From Candidatus Eiseniibacteriota bacterium (GTDB taxonomy: Bacteria > Eisenbacteria > RBG-16-71-46), in the NCBI GenBank assembly GCA_041483195.1, contig JBGPFC010000005.1:64001-128000 (forward strand): a DNA stretch of 64,000 nt, written 5' to 3'. Both the position numbers and the translations under genes were made by a program. Positions 50,458 to 58,583 of this stretch are shown here, piece by piece; the first letter of the stretch is position 1; each line of letters starts with the position of its first letter. The notes beneath the pieces are model-generated. The model was not told the DNA's origin and made no database searches. It saw nothing but the letters and a program-made list of their open reading frames with translations.

Positions 50458-51992
50458 TCCCATTCGATCGTCGCGGGCGGCTTGCTGGTGCAGTCGTAGA
50501 CCACGCGGTTCACGCCCCGCACCTCGTTCGCGATGCGGCTCGCGACGCGCGCGAGCAGGCTCGCCGGAAGCCGCGTCCAGTCGGCGGTCATTCCGTCGCT
50601 CGAGTTCACGGCGCGCAGCGCGATGACCTTCTCGTAGGATCGCTCGTCGCCCTTGACGCCGACGGTCTGCACCGGCAGCAGCACCGCGAACGCCTGCCAG
50701 GTGCGTCCGTACCATTTCGCGCGGCGCAGCTCCTCGATGAAGATCGCGTCGGCGTTGCGCAGCACCTCGAGATCCGCCGCGTTCACGGCGCCCAGGGTGC
50801 GCACCGCGAGCCCCGGACCCGGGAACGGATGGCGATCCACCAGATGATCGGGCAGCGAGAGCGCGCGGCCCAGCTCGCGCACCTCGTCCTTGAACAACCA
50901 GCGCAGCGGCTCCACCAATTTCAGGTGCATGCGCTTCGGGAGCCCCCCCACGTTGTGGTGGCTCTTGATGACCTGCGCGCCCCAGCCCGCCGAAGCGCTC
51001 TCGATCACGTCCGGGTAGAGCGTGCCCTGCGCGAGGAATTCGACGGGCCCCGCGCGCCGCGCCTCCTCCTCGAACACCGCAATGAACTCGGCGCCGATGA
51101 TCTTGCGCTTGCGCTCGGGATCGGTGACCCCGGCCAGCGCGCCGAGGAATCGTTCGCGCGCGTCCACCACCCGCAGGTCGAGCCCGCGCTTCTCCCCCAG
51201 CTCGCGCGCCACCTCCTCCGCCTCGCCGAGCCGCAGCAGGCCGTGGTCCACGAGGACGCAGTGCAGGCGCTTGCCCACCGCGCGATGGCAGAGGGTCGCG
51301 ACCACCGAGCTGTCCACGCCGCCCGAGAGGCCGCACAGGATGCGGCCCTTTCCCACCTGCGCGCGAATGTCGGCGACCGCGCGGCGGAGAAAACTCTTCA
51401 TGCTCCAGCCGCCCCTGAGGCCCGCGATCTCGAACAGGAAATTGGAGAGCACCCGCCTGCCGTACGGCGAATGCACCACCTCCGGATGGAATTGAATGAG
51501 ATGAAACGGGAGCTGCTCGTGCATCGCGGCGGCGAACGCGCAGTTCGAGGTGTGCGCGATCCGCGTCCAGCCCGACGGGAGCGCCTGCACTTCATCCCCG
51601 TGGCTCATCCATGCACGAAATCGCTTCGGCACGCCCGTGAACAGCGGCGAGCGGCGATCCTGCACGAAGGTGGCGGTCCCGTATTCCGCCCGCTCGGCCT
51701 TCGCCAGCACCCCGCCCATCAGCTGCATCGTCGCCTGGAAGCCGTAGCAGATTCCGAGCAGCGGCCGGCCGAGGCCGTAGATGCCGGGATCGGGCATGGG
51801 CGCCTCCGCGCGATAGCCGGAGGCCGGCGAGCCGCCGAGGATCAGCGCGCTCGGACGCTTCGCCTCGATCGCGGCGAGCGGCGTGTTGCCCGGCACGATC
51901 TCGGAGTAAACCCCCAGCTCGCGCACGCGCCGCGCGATGAGCTGCGTGTACTGCGAGCCGAAATCGAGGATGAGAACCAGTTCGCGGGGCAA
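50454..51992 (-). CDS. guaA: GMP synthase (glutamine-hydrolysing)
   Basis: LDFGSQY, GICYG, QFHPE, SGGVDS, IKSHHNVGG and KPPATIEWE motifs; TTG start with AAGGAG upstream. Confidence 0.98.
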   Translation of the reverse strand: MPRELVLILDFGSQYTQLIARRVRELGVYSEIVPGNTPLAAIEAKRPSALILGGSPASGYRAEAPMPDPGIYGLGRPLLGICYGFQATMQLMGGVLAKAERAEYGTATFVQDRRSPLFTGVPKRFRAWMSHGDEVQALPSGWTRIAHTSNCAFAAAMHEQLPFHLIQFHPEVVHSPYGRRVLSNFLFEIAGLRGGWSMKSFLRRAVADIRAQVGKGRILCGLSGGVDSSVVATLCHRAVGKRLHCVLVDHGLLRLGEAEEVARELGEKRGLDLRVVDARERFLGALAGVTDPERKRKIIGAEFIAVFEEEARRAGPVEFLAQGTLYPDVIESASAGWGAQVIKSHHNVGGLPKRMHLKLVEPLRWLFKDEVRELGRALSLPDHLVDRHPFPGPGLAVRTLGAVNAADLEVLRNADAIFIEELRRAKWYGRTWQAFAVLLPVQTVGVKGDERSYEKVIALRAVNSSDGMTADWTRLPASLLARVASRIANEVRGVNRVVYDCTSKPPATIEWE

Positions 51993-52060
51993 GACACTCC
52001 TTCTATCGATGCGTGAAGCGGGGGACTTCATGACGAAGCGCCGGACGGGAACGGGCCCGC

Positions 52061-53650
52061 TCAATGCCGGAACGTCCTCCGATCGGTGAAGCACATGGCG
52101 ATGCGATGCGCGTCGCAGGCCGCGATCACCTCAGCGTCGCGCATCGAGCCGCCGGGCTGCACCACGGCCGCGATACCCGCGGCGGCGGCGTGCTCGATGT
52201 TGTCGGCGAATGGAAAGAACCCGTCGCTGGCGAGCGCCGCGCCGCGCAGGTCGTGCTCGGAGCGCCGCGCCTTCATGAGCGCGACGTCCACGGCGTCCAC
52301 GCGGCTGGTCTGGCCCGAGCCGAGCCCGATCAGCGCCTCACCGCGCGCGATGGCGATGGCGTTCGAGCGCGCGGAGGCCGCGATCTCCCATGCGAAGCGC
52401 ATCGCGAGCATCTCCTCGGCGGTCGGCGGGCGAGCCGTGACGGTCTTCCATTCTGGCGCGGGATCCGAGGCCTCGCCCTCCAGCAGAGCCCACATGCCCG
52501 TGAGGCGCAACGACCACGGGTCGAGCGGCCGAACGTCCTCCGCAGCAAGCCGTAACGCCCGGAGGTTCTTCCTCGACTTCAAGGGGGTCTCCGCGGCCTC
52601 CGCGAACCCGGGCGCGGCCACGCACTCGACGAAATGCCTCGCGAGCCGGGCCGCGGTCTCGCCGTCGAGCTCCCGGTTGAACGCGACGATGCCGCCGTAG
52701 GCCGAGAGCTCGTCGGAGCGCAGCGCGGCGTCCCACGCGCCGGCGAGCGATGGCGCGCATGCCGCGCCGCATGGCTGAGTGTGCTTCACGATCACGCACG
52801 CCGGCCGTGCGAAGCGTGAGACCAGGGCGACCGCCGCCTCGAGGTCGAGGAGATTGTTGTACGAAAGCTCCTTGCCCTCCCGCCACGCCTCGAGCGCTGC
52901 GGCCTCCCCCGCACGCGCGTAGAGCGCGGCGGGTTGATGCGGGTTCTCGCCGTAGCGCAGGCCCCGCGCGCGCTCGAGCGCGAGGAAGTAGACGGCGGGC
53001 GGCGCCGCGGCGACCGCGCCGGCCGGTTCGCCTTCGCGCGCCAGTCGCCGGGCTTCGTCGCGCCGGGCGAGCTCGCTCGCGATGACGGCGTCGTATCGCG
53101 CGGTGCGCGCGAACGCCTTCATCGCCCACCCGCGGCGCGCCTCGAGCGTCACGCCCTTCGCGAGCGCGGCGAGCACCTCCTCGTACTGACTCGGGTCGTG
53201 CACCACGATCACGTCCCGAAAGTTCTTGGCCGCCGCCCGCAGCAGCGCGACGCCGCCGATGTCGATCTCCTCGATCGCTCCCGCCTCGTCGAGTGACGCC
53301 GCGCGCGTCTCGAACGGATAGAGGGAGACCGCGACCAGATCGATGGGCTCGAGCCCGCGCTCCGCGAGCGCCGCGAGATCGGCCGGCGCGTCGCGCCGCG
53401 CGAGGATCGGCGCGTGCACGTCGGGATGGAGCGTCTTCACTCTCCCGCCCAGCAGCTCGCCGAAGCCGGTCCGGCCTTCGAGCGGAGTGGCGGCGACGCC
53501 GGCCGCGGAGAGTTGAGAGGCGGTGCCGCCCGAGGCGAGGATGCGCGTGCCGCGCGCCGTAAGCGCGCGTGCGAACTCGGCGGCGCCGCGCTTGTCGTGG
53601 AGCGAGAGCAGCGCCACGCGCGGCCAGGCGGCGGGGGCCCGATCGGTCAC
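52061..53650 (-). CDS. purH: Bifunctional AICAR transformylase/IMP cyclohydrolase
   Basis: GGRVKTLHP, IDIGG, AAKN, LRYGENPHQ, ASDGFFPF, QPGGS and RTFRH motifs. Confidence 0.96.
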   Translation of the reverse strand: MTDRAPAAWPRVALLSLHDKRGAAEFARALTARGTRILASGGTASQLSAAGVAATPLEGRTGFGELLGGRVKTLHPDVHAPILARRDAPADLAALAERGLEPIDLVAVSLYPFETRAASLDEAGAIEEIDIGGVALLRAAAKNFRDVIVVHDPSQYEEVLAALAKGVTLEARRGWAMKAFARTARYDAVIASELARRDEARRLAREGEPAGAVAAAPPAVYFLALERARGLRYGENPHQPAALYARAGEAAALEAWREGKELSYNNLLDLEAAVALVSRFARPACVIVKHTQPCGAACAPSLAGAWDAALRSDELSAYGGIVAFNRELDGETAARLARHFVECVAAPGFAEAAETPLKSRKNLRALRLAAEDVRPLDPWSLRLTGMWALLEGEASDPAPEWKTVTARPPTAEEMLAMRFAWEIAASARSNAIAIARGEALIGLGSGQTSRVDAVDVALMKARRSEHDLRGAALASDGFFPFADNIEHAAAAGIAAVVQPGGSMRDAEVIAACDAHRIAMCFTDRRTFRH

Positions 53651-54582
53651 CGTGGCTTGCCCATCAATCGCCGCAGCGCCTCGAGATAGCGCTCCTGCGT
53701 GCGGATCACGATCTCCGCGGGCAGCGCCGGCGCCGGCGGATCGTGATTCCAGCCGCTTCGGTCCAGCCAGTCGCGCACCACCTGCTTGTCGAACGAGTGC
53801 AGCCGTCCGTTCTCGAACTCCTCGCGATCCCAGTAGCGCGACGAATCGGGGGTGAGCGCCTCGTCGATCAACACCCGATCGTCGCCGATCGTCCCGAATT
53901 CGAACTTGGTGTCGGCGAGCACCAACCCCCGCGCCCACGCCCAGGCCCGCGCCTCCTCGTAGATCGCGACGCTCCTCGTGCGCAGCGCATCGGCAGTCGC
54001 CGCGCCGATCAACTCGCTCATGCGCTCGAAGCCGATATTCTCGTCGTGCCCGGCGTCGGCCTTGGTGGCCGGCGTGAAGATGGCGGGCTCCAGCCTCGAC
54101 CCGTCCTTCAATCCCGCGGGGAGCGCGATGCCGCACACCGCGCCGCGCTCGCGGTACTCGCGCCAGCCCGATCCGGTGAGGTAACCGCGCACCACGCACT
54201 CGATGTCGGTGCGCCGCGCGCGCCGCACCAGCTGGGCTCGCCCCGCCAGCAGGCCGGCGTGCGCGTTGAACGGCGGCGGAAACACGCGCGGATCGTCGGT
54301 CACGAAGTGATGAGGGGAGGCGGTCGTCAGCGACCGCATCCAGAATGCCGAGATGTGAGAGAGGATCGCGCCCTTCCCCGGGATCGGGGTGGGCAGGATC
54401 GAGTCGTACGCCGAGAGCCGGTCGCTCGCGACGATCACCAGGTGATCGGGCCCGGCCTCGTAGATGGAACGCACCTTGCCGCGGCGCCAGGGTTCGAGGC
54501 CCGGGATGCGCACCTCCATGACGGCGCGCGCGGGGTCGAGCAACTCGGATGGAACCGCGATGCGGGTGCTGGTGACGTCCAT
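53647..54582 (-). CDS. purC: SAICAR synthetase
   Basis: GKVRSIY, SDRLSAYD, ECVVRGY, DTKFEFG and DEALTPDSSR motifs. Confidence 0.96.
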   Translation of the reverse strand: MDVTSTRIAVPSELLDPARAVMEVRIPGLEPWRRGKVRSIYEAGPDHLVIVASDRLSAYDSILPTPIPGKGAILSHISAFWMRSLTTASPHHFVTDDPRVFPPPFNAHAGLLAGRAQLVRRARRTDIECVVRGYLTGSGWREYRERGAVCGIALPAGLKDGSRLEPAIFTPATKADAGHDENIGFERMSELIGAATADALRTRSVAIYEEARAWAWARGLVLADTKFEFGTIGDDRVLIDEALTPDSSRYWDREEFENGRLHSFDKQVVRDWLDRSGWNHDPPAPALPAEIVIRTQERYLEALRRLMGKPR

Positions 54583-54622
54583 GGTCTCTCCTCCCGCCCT
54601 CTCGCGCCGGCGCGGCCGACGG

Positions 54623-55378
54623 CTATCGAGGTACCCGACTCCCCGTCCTGCCGATCTCGAAGTGAGCCGGGAGCCACCCCGGAAGCTGCTCGATGCGCGC
54701 GAGCGATGCAATGCCCGCCTCGCCGTAGTCCCCGTATGGATCGATGAGCACGAAGTGCATCGCCGCCGCGCGTGAACCGGCTTCGTCAACGGAGCGAATG
54801 TCTCCAACGTAGAGCGCGTGCCCGGGCGCGACCCCGAGCCGGCCGAGCGCGATTCGGAAGATCGCGGGATCGGGCTTTTCAACGCCGACCAGCTGCGAGT
54901 CCACCACGAACTCGAGCCCCGCCCGCACGCCGCACTGCTCGAGATGCCATTCCGCGCGGCCGTCGGAGTTCGAGACGCATGCGCACCGCATGCCGAGCGC
55001 CGAGAGCCCATCGAGCGCATCGCGCGCGCCCTCCATGGGCCGCGTCCACAGGCCCTCGCCGAGCTGCCGCGCGAACCAGCGGCCGATCACCGCCTCGCGA
55101 GCGGGCGCCTCGACCCCCGCCGCCTCCAGCATGCCGCCGAAGTAGGCGCGCGTGTCGCCATGCGTCCCGAGCGGCGGATGCGGCTCGCCATCGCGCCGCG
55201 CGTGACCGCGGCTGCGGTCGTAGGCGCGGCGCCCCGCGATCTCGGCGCGGCGCAGCGCCTCCGCCCCGAGCGGCGTGCCGAGGGCACCCACCTGCTCGGC
55301 CATCCACTCGAAGTCGAGCCGCAGCAGGGTACCGCCCGCGTCGAACACGACCGCGTCGAGCCGCGGCCGCTCAGCCAT
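54623..55378 (-). CDS. HAD-superfamily hydrolase
   Basis: FDAGGTL, VSNSD, EKPDP and YVGD..VD motifs. Confidence 0.9.
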   Translation of the reverse strand: MAERPRLDAVVFDAGGTLLRLDFEWMAEQVGALGTPLGAEALRRAEIAGRRAYDRSRGHARRDGEPHPPLGTHGDTRAYFGGMLEAAGVEAPAREAVIGRWFARQLGEGLWTRPMEGARDALDGLSALGMRCACVSNSDGRAEWHLEQCGVRAGLEFVVDSQLVGVEKPDPAIFRIALGRLGVAPGHALYVGDIRSVDEAGSRAAAMHFVLIDPYGDYGEAGIASLARIEQLPGWLPAHFEIGRTGSRVPR

Positions 55379-56033
55379 GCGTGGCCTCGCCCGCGCGCGC
55401 GTCCGATGCTTCGGCGGATTCGAACACGACGCGCCGTCCGTCGCGACGCCATGATTCCCGCAGCATGCGCCGCACCGTCGCGGGAAACAGACGATGCTCC
55501 GCCTCGTGCATGCGCGCCTCGAGCGCCGCGAGTGAATCGTCGTCTCGCACCTCGACGGGAGCCTGAGCGAGAATCGGTCCGGCGTCGAGCGCGTCGTCCA
55601 CCAGGTGCACGGTGCAGCCCGTCACGCGCACCCCGTGGTCCAGCGCCCTGCGGATGGCGTCGAGTCCCGGGAACGCGGGGAGCAGGGACGGATGAATGTT
55701 CAGGACCCGATCCGGAAACGCATCGAGCAGCGGCCGATGCAGGCGGCGCATGAATCCCGCGAGCAGCACCAGCTCTGCGCCGTGCGCACGCAGCGCATCG
55801 ATCCAGGGGCGCTCGTCCTCGAGACGGGTGCGATAGCCGCCGGTCGGCGGCGTGAGGCTCTCGATGCCGAAACGGCGCGCGCGCTCGATCACCGGCGCAC
55901 CCGGTCGGTCGCACAGCAGCAGGGCGATTCGTCCACCCAGCTCTCCGCGCGCGGCCGCGAGGGCGAGCGCTTCGAAGTTGCTGCCCGTGCCCGAAGCGAG
56001 CACCGCGAGCGTGGCGGGTGAAGAGAAGTGCAC
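55371..56033 (-). CDS. purN: Phosphoribosylglycinamide formyltransferase
   Basis: LASGTGSNF, LAGFMR, NIHPSLLP and GCTVHLV..LDAGPI motifs. Confidence 0.96.
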   Translation of the reverse strand: MHFSSPATLAVLASGTGSNFEALALAAARGELGGRIALLLCDRPGAPVIERARRFGIESLTPPTGGYRTRLEDERPWIDALRAHGAELVLLAGFMRRLHRPLLDAFPDRVLNIHPSLLPAFPGLDAIRRALDHGVRVTGCTVHLVDDALDAGPILAQAPVEVRDDDSLAALEARMHEAEHRLFPATVRRMLRESWRRDGRRVVFESAEASDARAGEATHG

Positions 56034-56041
56034 GCCGCAAT

Positions 56042-58453
56042 CTACCAGCGGGCCGGAGGGCGGGCAAGCGTCGCGCCGCATCGCGCGGCGGATGATGGCG
56101 CCGTCTCGACGCCCGCGGCTCGCACGCCGCGCCGCCAGTCGAGCGCCGTCGCGCCGGCGTCCGACATCTCGAACCACAGCGCGCCTTCACGGTCGGTGCG
56201 ATGGATTCGCGCGCCGCTCGCGAGCAGCCGCGCCACCGCGCCGGCGTCGGGATGGCCGAACGGATTGTGCATGCCGCACGAGATCACGGCGTCCCCCGCA
56301 CGAAGTCCCCGCAGGAACGCGGCGCCGCTGGAGGAGCCGGAGCCGTGATGCGCGACCTTGAGCAGCGCGATGCCGGGCGCCACCCGCAGCGAGGCCTCGG
56401 CCGCGCTGTCGGCATCCGCGAGCAGCAGCGCGCGTCCGCGTGCGGCGCCCGCCTCGATGACGAGCACGGCGCCGTTGTCGGTGCGGATCTCCGCCGCCTC
56501 CGCGTCCCCGGGACGTGGCGGCCACAACACGACCAGCGGCGGCGCCGAGCGGAGCGTGTCGCCGCGCGCGCGCGGCTCGGCGCCGAAGCGCCGCGCGGGG
56601 CCCGCGACCAGCGGCAACGGAGCGGGCGCCAGGATCCGCATCACGTGCACGCCGCGACGCACCGCGTCCGCGCCCCCGGTATGATCGCCGTCGTCGTGCG
56701 TGAGCGCGAGCGTCTCGAGCCGGCGCACCGCGGCCCAGCGCATGAAGGGCAGCACGACGCTCTCGCCCGCGTCAACGTGCGGGGTGCGCGGGCCCGCGTC
56801 GATCAGCCACCATCCGTCCTCGAACCCGAGCGCGAGCGCGTCGCCCTGTCCCACGTCGAGCGCGACCAGCCACCAGCGACCCGCGGGGGGAGCGAGCGGC
56901 CGCACGGTAGACGCCAGCAGCAGCGCGATCGCGACCAGCGTCGCTCCCAGACCCCCGGTCGCGACGCGCGCGCGAGGCGCAGCTTCCCGCGCGCGCTCCA
57001 GATCGCGGGGCGTGGAGACCGCGATCGCGATCAGCGCGGCTCCCGCGCCGGCGACGATCGTGACGCCGGGCTCGCATCCGACTCCGACCATCGCGCCCGG
57101 CGCGCGGGCCGCGAGGGTCGCGATGCCGCGCAGCGCGGCGGCGAGCGCGTTACAGGCGTCGTACCACGGCGCGCCCGCGCCCGGCAGCGCGCAGTCCATG
57201 AGCGACGCCAGCCACGCCGCGGTGAGCAGCAGTCCCGAGACCGGGACCGCAACCAGATTCGCGAAAGCGCCCACCCACGAGATCGCGTGAAAGCGCGCCA
57301 TCAGGAGCGGCATCGCGGTGAGCTGCGCGCTCAGGGTCGGAAGCAAGGGCGCCGCGAGGCGCCGCCAGCGTCCGCAGCGCGCGCCCAGCCACGGACCCAC
57401 GGTCACGAGCCCGAGCACCGCCCCGAACGATAGCTGGAAGCCGAGGTCGCCCGACCAGCCCGGGGCGACCGCGAGCAGCGCGAGCGCGGAGAGCGCCAGC
57501 GCCTGCAGCGGATCGAGCGCGAGATCCATCACGCGCGCCCACGCGAGCAGGGCCTCGCCCGCCGCCGCGCGCGCGAGCGAGGGCAGGGGACCCGCGAGCG
57601 CGACGTACCCCAGCGCGCACAGCCCCCCGGCGAGCGCCCGGGCGCGCGGTCCCCCGCCCAGCGTCCCGCAAGCTGCGCGAGCGAGCGCCGCGAGCCATGC
57701 CACGTGCAACCCCGAGAGCGCGAGCAGGTGGATGATGCCAGCGGCGCGCAGCCGCGCGTTGAGCGCAGGCGAGAGCGCAGAACGATCGCCGACCACGAGC
57801 GGCACCACCAGCTCGCGCGACTCGGGAGTGAGATGGATCGCGAAGCGGCGCTCGAACGCACGACGCCAGCGCGCGGCGGTCGCGCGCGGCAGCGCGTACA
57901 CGCCTCGCCCGCGAGACGCCACCGCGTCGGGCGCGTGCCCGCTCGCGACCAGCCCCCCGGCCTCCGCCACCGCGCGCGCATCGAATCCGCCCGGGTTCCG
58001 CAAAGCTGAGGGCGGATCGAGCAGGGCGAGGGCCTCGATCGCGTCGCCCCATTCGGCGCCGCTGCCGGCCGGCAAGCGAACGCGCACCCGCGCCCCGCGA
58101 GGAAGCGGCGGCGCCGAGCCGCTCACCGCGATGATCGCGACCGGCTCATCCGATTCGCGAAGCGGCGGCTCGACCACCCGTCCCCGGATTCGAATCAGCG
58201 CGCCGGGTGGCGCGAGCGCGAGCCGCGCGCGCTCGAGAGCCAGATGATGCGCGGCGCCGCGCGCTCCGCCCGCGAGCGCGAGCGCGAGGACGAGGGCGAG
58301 CGTCCCGGTGCGATCCGGCGACCGCCACGCGATCAGGGCGAGCGGCATCAACGCCGCGAGCGCGGCGAGCGCCGCGGCCGGCGAGCGCCCCGGACCGCAC
58401 ATCATTCCGAGCCACACCGCGATCGCCGCCGGCACCGCGCATCGCCCGCCCAT
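56042..58453 (-). CDS. comEC: ComEC/Rec2 DNA-uptake channel
   Basis: NPGGFD, HLLALSGLHV, GFQLSF and MBL domain DVGQGD, THDDGDH, KVAHHGS, NPFGHP. Confidence 0.93.
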   Translation of the reverse strand: MGGRCAVPAAIAVWLGMMCGPGRSPAAALAALAALMPLALIAWRSPDRTGTLALVLALALAGGARGAAHHLALERARLALAPPGALIRIRGRVVEPPLRESDEPVAIIAVSGSAPPLPRGARVRVRLPAGSGAEWGDAIEALALLDPPSALRNPGGFDARAVAEAGGLVASGHAPDAVASRGRGVYALPRATAARWRRAFERRFAIHLTPESRELVVPLVVGDRSALSPALNARLRAAGIIHLLALSGLHVAWLAALARAACGTLGGGPRARALAGGLCALGYVALAGPLPSLARAAAGEALLAWARVMDLALDPLQALALSALALLAVAPGWSGDLGFQLSFGAVLGLVTVGPWLGARCGRWRRLAAPLLPTLSAQLTAMPLLMARFHAISWVGAFANLVAVPVSGLLLTAAWLASLMDCALPGAGAPWYDACNALAAALRGIATLAARAPGAMVGVGCEPGVTIVAGAGAALIAIAVSTPRDLERAREAAPRARVATGGLGATLVAIALLLASTVRPLAPPAGRWWLVALDVGQGDALALGFEDGWWLIDAGPRTPHVDAGESVVLPFMRWAAVRRLETLALTHDDGDHTGGADAVRRGVHVMRILAPAPLPLVAGPARRFGAEPRARGDTLRSAPPLVVLWPPRPGDAEAAEIRTDNGAVLVIEAGAARGRALLLADADSAAEASLRVAPGIALLKVAHHGSGSSSGAAFLRGLRAGDAVISCGMHNPFGHPDAGAVARLLASGARIHRTDREGALWFEMSDAGATALDWRRGVRAAGVETAPSSAARCGATLARPPARW

Positions 58454-58583
58454 GCCGCTGCCGAGCGAAAGAGGCGTGCCAGCGTGCGCCGGGCGCGACG
58501 CCCGTCCCGCGCAAGGACTTGCCAGGAAGCAACGGGCGGCCGCCCTCCACGACGAGGACGGCGGCCGCCCCGGAAGCGTCAGC

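Noticed and set aside
48810..52016. 1068-aa plus-strand ORF
   Set aside because: Arg/Ala/Pro-rich antisense frame over slt and guaA
58465..58526. Sigma54-like motifs upstream of comEC (minus strand TGGCAAGTCCTTGC and TGGCACGCCTCTTTCGC)
   Set aside because: GG-to-GC spacing is off by one or two nt, which sigma54 does not normally tolerate
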